From a virus (lineage: Duplodnaviria; Caudoviricetes): DNA of 35,304 bases. The first letter of the stretch is position 1. Every line of letters starts with the position of its first letter. Under the pieces are notes generated by a model. That model saw only the letters and a program-made list of their open reading frames with translations, had not been told where the DNA came from and searched no databases. Location: IMG/VR virus record IMGVR_UViG_3300002161_000016, positions 1-35,304 of that record; one strand, given 5' to 3'. The position numbers were made by a program, and so were the translations under genes. Positions 9,455-17,782 of this stretch are shown here, in pieces.

Positions 9455-9894
9455 TGGAAACCGAGAAGCTTACATACCAGCAGCGGTACTATCGGCGAAA
9501 CAAAGAAAAGATGTTAGCCAAGCATCAAGAAAGGAATAGGCGAACTCCTCGTTATGCGTTGACATCAATTTTGGCTTTGGCAAGAAAACGGGCTGAAACA
9601 ACAATCGATCAGCAATACCTGATGGAAATCTATGACAGCCAACAAGGGCTTTGCGCTTTGTCAGGTATCAAGATGACGTGGGCGACTGGAAAAACAAGCC
9701 CTACATCCATATCGGTTGATCGAATTGATAACACAAAAGGTTACATCCCGGGGAACGTGCGCCTTGTTTGTGTGTGTGTAAATGCATTCAAAAGCACAAT
9801 GAGCGACGAAGAGCTTCTCAAGATGGCTCACGCCTTAGTCTTGTGTATGACATCGTCACGCCAAGCCAAAGAAATGATTGAGGAGTTTGTATGA
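9454..9894 (+). CDS. HNH-like (beta-beta-alpha-Me) free-standing homing endonuclease
   Basis: QQGLCALSG...SISVDRIDNTKGYIPGNVRLVCVCVNAFK motif, basic N-terminus, visibly more AT-rich than its neighbours, overlaps both flanking genes. Confidence 0.75.
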   Translation: METEKLTYQQRYYRRNKEKMLAKHQERNRRTPRYALTSILALARKRAETTIDQQYLMEIYDSQQGLCALSGIKMTWATGKTSPTSISVDRIDNTKGYIPGNVRLVCVCVNAFKSTMSDEELLKMAHALVLCMTSSRQAKEMIEEFV

Positions 9895-10826
9895 GCGACC
9901 CTAAAGTCAAAGAAGAGGAACTAGCCGTAAAGGAAGAGCAGGACGGTTCTGCAACCGTTGAACTTCCGGAGGGTATGGCTCCAGAAGAGAAGGAAGAGCC
10001 TGTAGAGATGGCCGAAGGTGGCGAGGCGGATGAAGACCATCCGGACGACACTGAAGCGGTTAGGTCTGCTCGCAGGGCTAGGCGCAGGGCTAAGAAAGAG
10101 TATGTAAAGAAGACGAACGAGGAGAAGGATCGTCGTCTAGAACTACTCCAGAGGCAGAATCAGGAGTTGATGGAGCGGTTATCCGTTGTTGAGCGGAAAA
10201 CGCATTCATCGGATCTTGCGAGGCTAGACAAGGCGATTGAGGACGAAGAGCTTAGGCTTCAATATGCTCTAGCGAAGATGCGAGAGGCTGGCGATCATTC
10301 CAACGGAACGGAACTCGCTAAAGCGCAGGAGCTTTGGTATGAAACCCGCGGTAGGGTAGAAGTATTGAAGCGGGCGAAAGAAGAAGCCGCCAGAACTCAA
10401 ACTCAAGAAAACGGGGCAGTAAATCCGCAATTGGTTCGTCACGCTCAGAGGTGGATGAACAGTAATCCGTGGTATGACCCTGCTGGAAGCGATGAAGACA
10501 GCGAGATCGCAAAGATGATTGATCAGCGTCTTCATAAAGAGGGTTGGGATCCCGGTACTGAAGAATATTGGGATGAGCTTGACAACCGCTTGCAAAAGAG
10601 GTTGCCGCATCGGTATACTCAAACTCAGGATGAATCTAATAGGAGACGCCCTAGAAGTTTTGTGACTGGATCAGGACGCGAATCATCTCCCAGCCGCGGG
10701 GGTAATACTTTTGTTCTGGAACCCGAACAGGTTCGAGCGATGAAAGATGCGGGATTCTGGGATGACCCGTCAAAACGGGCCAAGATGATCAAACGTTATG
10801 CAGAACAATCACGGAACAGGGGATAA
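9891..10826 (+). CDS. Capsid scaffolding protein (putative)
   Basis: Acidic N-terminus, long coiled coil, WMNSNPWY, EYWDELDNRL..LPH and a basic C-terminal helix. Lies between portal and capsid. Confidence 0.7.
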   Translation: MSDPKVKEEELAVKEEQDGSATVELPEGMAPEEKEEPVEMAEGGEADEDHPDDTEAVRSARRARRRAKKEYVKKTNEEKDRRLELLQRQNQELMERLSVVERKTHSSDLARLDKAIEDEELRLQYALAKMREAGDHSNGTELAKAQELWYETRGRVEVLKRAKEEAARTQTQENGAVNPQLVRHAQRWMNSNPWYDPAGSDEDSEIAKMIDQRLHKEGWDPGTEEYWDELDNRLQKRLPHRYTQTQDESNRRRPRSFVTGSGRESSPSRGGNTFVLEPEQVRAMKDAGFWDDPSKRAKMIKRYAEQSRNRG

Positions 10827-10831
10827 ACCAA

Positions 10832-11371
10832 ATGGATGCACGCCTAAAAAAATCTCTTTCGGCAGGTGGCCGCGAAACTCGTGCAAGCGAGGACGCCAGC
10901 CGGTCGTCAGCAGAAGATTCTCTCCATTCAGCGCAGGAACGTCGCAAGATGTGGAGTGACGAATGGACGCAACAAGCACTTCCGAAAGTTCCGGAGATTC
11001 CGGGTTGGCACATTTGCTGGCTTTCAACCACCAATGGATACGACAGCATCGATAAGCGGATTCGGCTTGGGTATGTACCTGTGCAAGCAGAAGAGATTCC
11101 CGGGTTTGAAAATTACCGCGTAAAGGCTGGCGAGAACACTGGTTTTATCTCATGCAACGAGATGGTCTTGTACAAACTTCCGATGGATGTTTATCAGGAT
11201 GTCATGTTGCATATGCACCATCAGCTTCCGATGGAGGAAGCCGAGAAGGTTCGGTATCAAGCCGAGCAAGCTCAGGGTCGAGATAGCCGAGGGCGTAAGC
11301 TCGGTGAGGTTGAAGGTGAGGGCTTTGGAATGCTTGATGAACAAGTCAAAACGCCCGTATTCCACGGGTAA
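10832..11371 (+). CDS. Hypothetical head-module protein
   Basis: 179 aa with PEIPGWHICWLS...KRIRLGYVPV...MVLYKLP, between scaffold and capsid genes. Confidence 0.8.
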   Translation: MDARLKKSLSAGGRETRASEDASRSSAEDSLHSAQERRKMWSDEWTQQALPKVPEIPGWHICWLSTTNGYDSIDKRIRLGYVPVQAEEIPGFENYRVKAGENTGFISCNEMVLYKLPMDVYQDVMLHMHHQLPMEEAEKVRYQAEQAQGRDSRGRKLGEVEGEGFGMLDEQVKTPVFHG

Positions 11372-11388
11372 CCAACAAGGAGCTTGCA

Positions 11389-12012
11389 ATGTCTGCAACT
11401 AGTGCTCCGTTTGGCCTGCGTCCCGCGTTTCACCCTAGCGGTCTGGATCGCGCTCAGGCGCTTGCCAACGGTATTCAAGCAGTATCTACGAGCGGTAATG
11501 TATCCGCTGGTTATGCAACGACCATTCTTAAAGGTCAACCGGTCAAGATGGACACTGGCGGTTATATCGTCGTGGCCGCTGCTGGTGACGCCTTTCTCGG
11601 AGCCTTTGCTGGCGTCGAGTGGACTGATTCGACGGGTCGCCGTCGTGTATCAAACTACTGGCCTGCGAACGAGTCGTTCCAAGTGGGTTCGGTAGTCGCC
11701 TATTTCTACAGCGATCCCAACATCGTTTATGAAATTCAGGCGGACGGTACGCTTGCCCAGACTTCAATCGGTGACGAAGCTGATCTGAGCAACACGACTG
11801 CTGGTTCGACGACTACGGGTCTGTCGCAAGCCACTTTGAGCATCTCGCTTGCGGGGGCCAATGGTGTAGCGCAGATGCGTATCGTTGACATCGCCCCGTA
11901 TCCCGACAATGACTGGGGTGACACCTTCGTTATCGTTCGGGCGGTCATTGCTGAACATCAATACGGCCAGATTCGCGTTTCAGGCGCGAATTACACGCCG
12001 ATTGCTATTTAA
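11389..12012 (+). CDS. Putative capsid cement/decoration protein
   Basis: 207 aa, beta-rich (APFGLRP, GAFAGVEWTD, DPNIVYEIQAD), AAGGAG RBS, immediately upstream of the major capsid gene. Confidence 0.6.
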   Translation: MSATSAPFGLRPAFHPSGLDRAQALANGIQAVSTSGNVSAGYATTILKGQPVKMDTGGYIVVAAAGDAFLGAFAGVEWTDSTGRRRVSNYWPANESFQVGSVVAYFYSDPNIVYEIQADGTLAQTSIGDEADLSNTTAGSTTTGLSQATLSISLAGANGVAQMRIVDIAPYPDNDWGDTFVIVRAVIAEHQYGQIRVSGANYTPIAI

Positions 12013-12025
12013 GGAGGGCTAAGTC

Positions 12026-12940
12026 ATGGCAGCCCCGATGCGTAGTACCGACTTTCGTTCCATCGTCGAACCAATTCTGAATGAATGTTTCGACGGCGTT
12101 TACGATCAACGGACGGACGAATGGTCACGAGTCTTCCGCGAGCAGGAAGGCATTCCCCGCAACTATCACGAAGAGCCGGTTCTGTACGGCTTCGGCGCGG
12201 CTCCCCAGCTTCCTGATGGCACCCCGGTGACCTATCAGCAGGGTGGTGTGCTGTTCCTGAAGCGGTACGTCTACAAGGTCTACGGTCTTGCGTTCGCGCT
12301 GACCAAAGTTCTTGTTGAGGATGGTGATCACATCCGTATCGGTCAGGTGTATGCGCGTCATCTGGCTCAGTCGCTGATTGAGACCAAAGAGACGCTTTCG
12401 GCCAACGTTCTGAACCGCGCTTTCAACTCGTCCTACCCGGGCGGTGACGGCGTGCAGTTGAACAGCGCGTCGCACCCGATTGTCAACGGCACGTTCTCGA
12501 ACCTGCTGACGACCGCGGCCAACCTGTCGCAGACTTCTCTGGAGCAGATGTTGATCCAGATCCGTCAGGCGGTAGACAACAACGGCAAGAAGATCCGTCT
12601 GGTTCCCCGTCAACTGGTGGTGGCCCCGGGCAACGTCTTCCAAGCTGAAGTTCTGCTGAAGTCTGTGCTGCGTGCTGGCAACGCGAACAACGACATCAAC
12701 CCGATCAAGTCCATTGGTCTTCTGGATGAGGGTGCTGCTGTCCTGTCGCGTCTGACCAATGCTACGGCATGGTGGGTGCAGACGGATGCGCCGGAAGGGA
12801 TGAAGCTTCTAATGCGTCGTCGTCTGGAGAAGACGATGGAAGGTGACTTTGAGACCGACACCATGCGGTACAAGGCTACCGAGCGTTATGACGTTGGATT
12901 CACCGATCCACGCGCCATGTACGGCACTCCGGGGGTCTAA
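12026..12940 (+). CDS. Major capsid protein (HK97 fold, Mu gpT-like type)
   Basis: 304 aa with YGFGAAP...G..VTY, YGLAFALTKVLVED, GGDGVQLNSASHP, PRQLVVAP and EGDFETDTMRYKATERY.VGFTDPRAMYGTPG. Strong RBS and C-ending codon bias. Confidence 0.92.
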   Translation: MAAPMRSTDFRSIVEPILNECFDGVYDQRTDEWSRVFREQEGIPRNYHEEPVLYGFGAAPQLPDGTPVTYQQGGVLFLKRYVYKVYGLAFALTKVLVEDGDHIRIGQVYARHLAQSLIETKETLSANVLNRAFNSSYPGGDGVQLNSASHPIVNGTFSNLLTTAANLSQTSLEQMLIQIRQAVDNNGKKIRLVPRQLVVAPGNVFQAEVLLKSVLRAGNANNDINPIKSIGLLDEGAAVLSRLTNATAWWVQTDAPEGMKLLMRRRLEKTMEGDFETDTMRYKATERYDVGFTDPRAMYGTPGV

Positions 12941-12951
12941 GGAATACAAAC

Positions 12952-12983
12952 GCGGGCTTGTGTAATGCAAGTCCGCTTTGATT
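12952..12983 (+). terminator. Probable (weak) intrinsic terminator after the capsid gene
   Basis: GCGGGCTTGT-gtaat-GCAAGTCCGC, a 10-bp stem with two G-U pairs, followed by TTTGATT. Confidence 0.55.
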
Positions 12984-13015
12984 CCCGATCCTTCGATTTA
13001 ATTTAGGAGTACGAC

Positions 13016-13705
13016 ATGGCAAATCTCGTAACGCGGTTTCCCAATGGGCTAACCAACGTTGGAGAGGATTCGCCGTTTGCTGATCTGGCAATGCCTGCGC
13101 CAACCCTGTTCCATAGTTACATGGAAGACTTCGACTATTACACAGCCGGAGATTGGACTGTAACCGAGACGGACGCAGGGGCTACGCAAGCTCTTACTGA
13201 TGGCGATGGCGGTCTTCTTCTTGTTACCAACAGTGCGGCTGATGACGATCTAGTTTCTTTGCAGAAGAAAGGTGAATCTTTTAGGTTTGCCTCTGGAAAG
13301 AAACTGTTCTTTGAAGCCCGTTTCAAGGTAAGTGATGCAACTCAATCGGATGTTGTGATTGGTTTGCAGATCACTGACACGACCCCGCTGGATGTCTCGG
13401 ACGGAGTGTTTTTCATTAAAGCTGACGGCTCTACTTCGGTGAGTCTGTTGGTGGAAAAGAACAACACTGCAACGACCACATCGTCAGTAGCGACCTTAGC
13501 GGATGATACGTTTATTCGTATTGGGTTTGCTTATGACGGCGTGTCGGCAATTCAGTATTTTGTCAATGGCGTGGTGACTGGCACTTCGGTGACCACTAAT
13601 CTGCCGGATGACGAAGATCTGACTCCGACCTTTGCCATTCAGAATGGTGAAGCGGTTGCCAAGACCATGACGGTGGACTACATCTTCGTCGCTAAGGAGC
13701 GGTAA
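13016..13705 (+). CDS. Putative virion structural protein (beta-sandwich, possible head decoration)
   Basis: 229 aa, acidic and T/D-rich, beta-strand pattern (LFFEARFKV, IQYFVNGV, MTVDYIFVAKER), AGGAG RBS, directly after the capsid gene. Confidence 0.6.
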   Translation: MANLVTRFPNGLTNVGEDSPFADLAMPAPTLFHSYMEDFDYYTAGDWTVTETDAGATQALTDGDGGLLLVTNSAADDDLVSLQKKGESFRFASGKKLFFEARFKVSDATQSDVVIGLQITDTTPLDVSDGVFFIKADGSTSVSLLVEKNNTATTTSSVATLADDTFIRIGFAYDGVSAIQYFVNGVVTGTSVTTNLPDDEDLTPTFAIQNGEAVAKTMTVDYIFVAKER

Positions 13706-13707
13706 TC

Positions 13708-14844
13708 ATGGGCCAATTCAAGCCGATGGTGAAGATGATGACCACGGAGCCGTCAATTGAACTCAAGCTCAAGAAAGGCGGAACCGTCAAGATGCAGGCG
13801 GGTGGTCTTTCTGGGATGGGTACGATGACCGCTCAGGCACCAGCGATGCCTGCTCGCGGGGGGATGGTTCCGGCTAAGGCTCCGATGCGTCCGTCGATGG
13901 CTGCTCGTCGTCGTGCGATGATGGCGATGCCTGCTGCTGCCGCACCTGCGGCTCCGGTAGGGATGGCTGGTCGCATGATGAAAGAAGGCGGCGAGTCGAA
14001 GGCGATGCACGCTGCTGAAATGAAGAAGATGGCTAAGACTGCCGAGGCGTTGAAAGAACACGCTGGTAAGCCTGCTAGCAAGGCTCATAAAGGGCTGAAG
14101 ACGGGCGGGGTAGTCATGGGCCAAGGTGGTTACAAAGCGGGTGGCATCATCGAATCAAAGAAGGGCGATACGAAGATGGTCACTGCCAAGGTTGATCATT
14201 CACCGGCCAAAACCGGTGGTGTAGATCTAGGCAACGCTGGTGGCTACAAGACTGGTGGTGTGGCGAAGGCTAATGCTGGCGGCTACAAGAAGGGCGGTGC
14301 AGCCAAGATGATGGGTGGCGGCATGGCCTACATGAAAGGTGGTGCCGCAAAAAAAGCCTACGCTACGGGGGGAGTTGTTAAAAGCGGTGCCCCTGTAGCG
14401 ATGCCACAAGGCCGCAAAACTCCCTCGAAGCCGGTTAGTATTAACCAGTTGAGTGGGACGTTTAAGAAAGGTGGTTCGGTGACTCCCGCGGAAGCGCGGT
14501 TGCTGAAGGCCCATAAGTCTGAGAATGCTTCAGCGATGAAGAGTGCTAAGGCTATGTCCAACGAGGTCTACAGCAAGTATCAGAAGATGAAGGACGGTGG
14601 AGTACCGGCCAACATCCAAGATCAAATCCAGACGGCCAAGAACGAAAAGGCGTATAAGGATTACGAGAAGAGTCGTACCGAAGAGAACGCAGAAATGCGT
14701 AATGCGATTCTTGGTGCCCCCCGTAAGTTGATGGAGGGTATCAAGGGTTTCTTCTCTAAACCGCCTGAAGGCAGTGTTACCAAGACTGAAAAGTCTGTTA
14801 CGGTAACTCCCGCGAAGAAGCGCGGCGGCTCAGTCAAGTGCTGA
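13708..14844 (+). CDS. Very basic K/M/A/G-rich low-complexity protein with repeated xKxGG motifs
   Basis: 378 aa with LKKGG, MQAGG, MKEGG, LKTGG, YKAGG, AKTGG, YKTGG, YKKGG, YMKGG, YATGG, FKKGG, MKDGG and KKRGG. AAGGAG RBS, followed by a terminator. Confidence 0.85.
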   Translation: MGQFKPMVKMMTTEPSIELKLKKGGTVKMQAGGLSGMGTMTAQAPAMPARGGMVPAKAPMRPSMAARRRAMMAMPAAAAPAAPVGMAGRMMKEGGESKAMHAAEMKKMAKTAEALKEHAGKPASKAHKGLKTGGVVMGQGGYKAGGIIESKKGDTKMVTAKVDHSPAKTGGVDLGNAGGYKTGGVAKANAGGYKKGGAAKMMGGGMAYMKGGAAKKAYATGGVVKSGAPVAMPQGRKTPSKPVSINQLSGTFKKGGSVTPAEARLLKAHKSENASAMKSAKAMSNEVYSKYQKMKDGGVPANIQDQIQTAKNEKAYKDYEKSRTEENAEMRNAILGAPRKLMEGIKGFFSKPPEGSVTKTEKSVTVTPAKKRGGSVKC

Positions 14845-14847
14845 ACC

Positions 14848-14877
14848 AGACGGGGGCTTCGGCCCCTGTCTTTATTT
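14848..14877 (+). terminator. Rho-independent terminator
   Basis: AGACGGGGGC-TTCG-GCCCCTGTCT stem with a cUUCGg tetraloop, then TTATTT. Confidence 0.85.
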
Positions 14878-14888
14878 GAAAGATAATC

Positions 14889-15668
14889 ATGACCACCACT
14901 ATTTCATCGATTACCCGACAGGGTGCATACGAGCCTTTTGAGCTTCAAGTTTCTCGTGGTCAGATTCAGGGCCACAGAAATGTGACCGTTTTTGGGTTTA
15001 ACCCTGATGTAGACACCGCGCAAGTGACCGTTTGGCCTCTGCCAAGCCTGATCACTTTCCCGGTTGCGGCGCTTCAGATGACAGTCAGTTCTTCTGATGC
15101 AAATGATACAAGCGCAGGAACTGGCGCTCGCAAAATTGTTGTACAGGGGCTAGACGCAAACTACAACGAGGTCAGTGAGACTGTCACGCTTAATGGGCAA
15201 ACGGCGGTCACGATGACTGCTTCGCTGTTGCGAGTCAACTATGCCTATGTGCTCACGGCGGGGTCTGGAAACGGCGCTGCGGGCGACATCTACATTGGCA
15301 CTGGTGTTGTGACCGCTGGTGTCCCTGCAACCACATACGACATCATCAAGTTTGACTACAACACAACCATCACCGGTAGTTTTACGATCCCTGCGGGGTA
15401 CACCGGGTACTTGTCTCAAGGGTTGTTTTCTTCTGGTCAATCTGGCGGGTCTAATCAGGTTCAGGGAAGGCTTTTGACTAGGGGCACCGACAACATTCGA
15501 CGCACCGCGGCGGTTACAAGCATCAATAACGGTGTTGCTGATTATGTGTTTGAGTATCCTTTAGCAATTCAAGAAAAAACAACGGTTGAAGCAACGGCGA
15601 TTGGCAGTTCATCTAACAACGCTGTGTCTTCAATGTTTATCTTGCTTTTGGTTAAAGAGGGGCCGTAA
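14889..15668 (+). CDS. Hypothetical virion structural protein
   Basis: 259 aa, T/G/S-rich beta protein (FELQVSRGQIQGH..VTVFGFNPDVD, GLDANYNEVSETVTLNG). TAATG-coupled to the next gene. Confidence 0.7.
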   Translation: MTTTISSITRQGAYEPFELQVSRGQIQGHRNVTVFGFNPDVDTAQVTVWPLPSLITFPVAALQMTVSSSDANDTSAGTGARKIVVQGLDANYNEVSETVTLNGQTAVTMTASLLRVNYAYVLTAGSGNGAAGDIYIGTGVVTAGVPATTYDIIKFDYNTTITGSFTIPAGYTGYLSQGLFSSGQSGGSNQVQGRLLTRGTDNIRRTAAVTSINNGVADYVFEYPLAIQEKTTVEATAIGSSSNNAVSSMFILLLVKEGP

Positions 15669-16066
15669 TGCCTGCTAAGACTAGGGCGCAGTTCCGGTTA
15701 ATGAAAGCTGCGGAGAACAACCCTGCCTTTGCAAAGAAGGTAGGGATCAAGCCTAGTGTTGCCAAAGAGTTCACGCAGGGTAATGTAGGGAAGAAGTCTT
15801 ACAAAGAACTGCCTATGAAAGAAGGTGGCCCTAGTCTTTCTGTAGGAAGGGGAGAAAAGCTTCCTGTGTCTCAAGGTGCTGGACTAACAGCCAAGGGCCG
15901 AGCCAAGTACAATCGTGAGACTGGCTCAAACCTAAAAGCTCCCCAGCCGCAGGGAGGCCCGCGGCGAGACTCGTTTTGTGCGAGGATGAACACCATAGCT
16001 CGTGCAAGTGAGAAGGGCAGTCGTGCTCGTGCCTCTATGAAACGGTGGAATTGCCCGAATTGGTGA
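15668..16066 (+). CDS. Small basic protein; C-terminal half DUF6321-like
   Basis: 132 aa, K/R-rich. GLTAKGRAKYNRETGSNLKAP..RRDSFCARM...RWNC resembles DUF6321 (recalled, not searched). The N-terminal module is joined through MKEGG. Confidence 0.65.
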   Translation: MPAKTRAQFRLMKAAENNPAFAKKVGIKPSVAKEFTQGNVGKKSYKELPMKEGGPSLSVGRGEKLPVSQGAGLTAKGRAKYNRETGSNLKAPQPQGGPRRDSFCARMNTIARASEKGSRARASMKRWNCPNW

Positions 16067-16074
16067 GGTAAAAC

Positions 16075-17148
16075 ATGGCGTATTCGGGAACAGTAGGCAC
16101 AACCGTTATCAGTGTTCAGACGCTGATTGATCACGGCGCTCGCAGGTGCGGCAAACTTGCAGAAGAGTTGACCTCAGAGCAGGTTTTGAGTGCTAGAGAG
16201 TCGCTTTTCTACGTTCTTTCCAACCTCATCAACATCGGTATTCAATACTGGGCGATTGGGAAGAAGGTTTACGGCCTGAAAGCCGATCAATACATCTATG
16301 ACCTGCCATTAGGGGGTAATGATGTATTGAATGTGATGTACCGGACGATGAATAGACCCACTCCTAACGGGACTGGGAGCTATGCAACGAGTGCTGGAGG
16401 CGTTGTAGATAACGCCTTTGACGGCAACATTGACACGCTTTGCACGCAGACCTCAACGAACGGGAACATTTCCGTCAATTACGGCACTGATAACCCGGTG
16501 TACATCGGTTCTATTGGTGTTTTGCCGGGAGTTTCAGGCACTTATTCGGTCATTTTTGAGTATTCTGCTGATGGAATCGCTTGGAATACGCTGTATGACC
16601 CCGGTGCAACGGTATGGGTAGACAATCAGTGGATCTGGCATGACATCGAGCCCGGTCAAACGGTGCAGTATTACCGTATGAGGATGACCGGAGGTGGCAC
16701 GATCAGTGTTCGAGAGCTGTTTTTCGGCAATAACTCGACCGAAATCCCGATGGCTAGGCTGAATCGGGACGATTACACCAGTTTGCCGAACAAAAACTTC
16801 ACTGCTAACCAGCCTTATCAGTTTTGGTTCAACAGAACCATCCCCCAGAGTGAGATTTACCTCTGGCCTGTGCCTTCTGACCCCTTTATTCAGATGACTG
16901 TCTGGTATTCCAAGCAGATCATGGATGTTGGGGCGCTTTCTGGAGAGCTAGAGATCCCCCAGAGGTGGTATCTAGCCATTCAGTCGATGTTAGCTCATCA
17001 GATGAGCCTAGAACTCCCCGCTGTTGACCTAGCGAGGACTCAATATCTTGAAGGGCAGGCTGAAAAGTACCTGATCCTTGCGGAAAACGAAGAGAGAGAT
17101 CGCTCGCCCGTGTATCTCACGCCCGGCATACACGTCTACACAAGATGA
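16075..17148 (+). CDS. Head-tail adaptor-type protein with an inserted discoidin/galactose-binding-like domain
   Basis: Helical N-terminus (LIDHGARRCG...ARESLFYVL), RDDYTSLPNK...PYQFWF.R...IYLWPVP and EIPQRWYLAI C-terminus. The internal NAFDGNIDT...FEYSADG..W...YYRMRM segment resembles an F5/8-type jelly roll. Confidence 0.65.
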   Translation: MAYSGTVGTTVISVQTLIDHGARRCGKLAEELTSEQVLSARESLFYVLSNLINIGIQYWAIGKKVYGLKADQYIYDLPLGGNDVLNVMYRTMNRPTPNGTGSYATSAGGVVDNAFDGNIDTLCTQTSTNGNISVNYGTDNPVYIGSIGVLPGVSGTYSVIFEYSADGIAWNTLYDPGATVWVDNQWIWHDIEPGQTVQYYRMRMTGGGTISVRELFFGNNSTEIPMARLNRDDYTSLPNKNFTANQPYQFWFNRTIPQSEIYLWPVPSDPFIQMTVWYSKQIMDVGALSGELEIPQRWYLAIQSMLAHQMSLELPAVDLARTQYLEGQAEKYLILAENEERDRSPVYLTPGIHVYTR

Positions 17149-17780
17149 GTTTTGCTACTTACGCTCATTGCAAGCCTGATGGAACGATATTTTATATCGG
17201 AAAGGGTTCTATCAAGCGGGCGTATAGCAGCCTTGGCCGGAATGTAGTCTGGAACAGAATTGTTAAAAAATATGGCGGTTATGAAGTAAAAATTTTATGC
17301 GAATGGAAATTGGAGCAAGACGCTTTTGACCATGAAATTTTGTTGATTGATTGTTTTAAAAGCATGGGGTACAAGCTCGCTAACATCAGCTCTGGTGGTC
17401 TTGGGGCAAAAGGATTCCGGCATACAGAACAGTTCAAAAAAGAACTATCTGAACAAGTTAGATTGAATAACCCTATGTCTAATCCAGAGGTTAGAAAAAA
17501 ACAAAAAGAAAATGTGTTAGTAGCGATGAGAAGGCCAGAGATTAGAAAAAAACAAAGTGACGCAAGAATAGGAATGCGGTTTTCAAAAGAGCACATTGAA
17601 TCTCTTAGAAACTGCCATCCGATGAAACCTTGCGTTATCAACGGCGTGACTTACAAGTCATTGATGGAAGCGGCTAGGATGCTGGGGATTAGGCACGGTA
17701 CTATTCATAGATGGATTAGTCGTCCTGAAATCCAGCGAGGGAAGAAGTACGGCTATATCACCGAGTGTAGGTGGGCCTGA
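17145..17780 (+). CDS. GIY-YIG homing endonuclease (NUMOD3 and C-terminal HTH/NUMOD1-like)
   Basis: TYAHCKPDGTIFYIGKG..RA...HEILLI...LANISSGG, HTEQFKKELS, INGVTYKSLMEAARMLGI. AT-rich island. Confidence 0.85.
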   Translation: MSFATYAHCKPDGTIFYIGKGSIKRAYSSLGRNVVWNRIVKKYGGYEVKILCEWKLEQDAFDHEILLIDCFKSMGYKLANISSGGLGAKGFRHTEQFKKELSEQVRLNNPMSNPEVRKKQKENVLVAMRRPEIRKKQSDARIGMRFSKEHIESLRNCHPMKPCVINGVTYKSLMEAARMLGIRHGTIHRWISRPEIQRGKKYGYITECRWA

Positions 17781-17782
17781 TC

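Noticed and set aside
12925-13016. Programmed frameshift or readthrough at the capsid end (CCGGGGGTCTAA plus hairpin) fusing to the next gene
   Set aside because: All three frames hit stops before 13016, there is no canonical slippery heptamer, and the next gene has its own AGGAG RBS.
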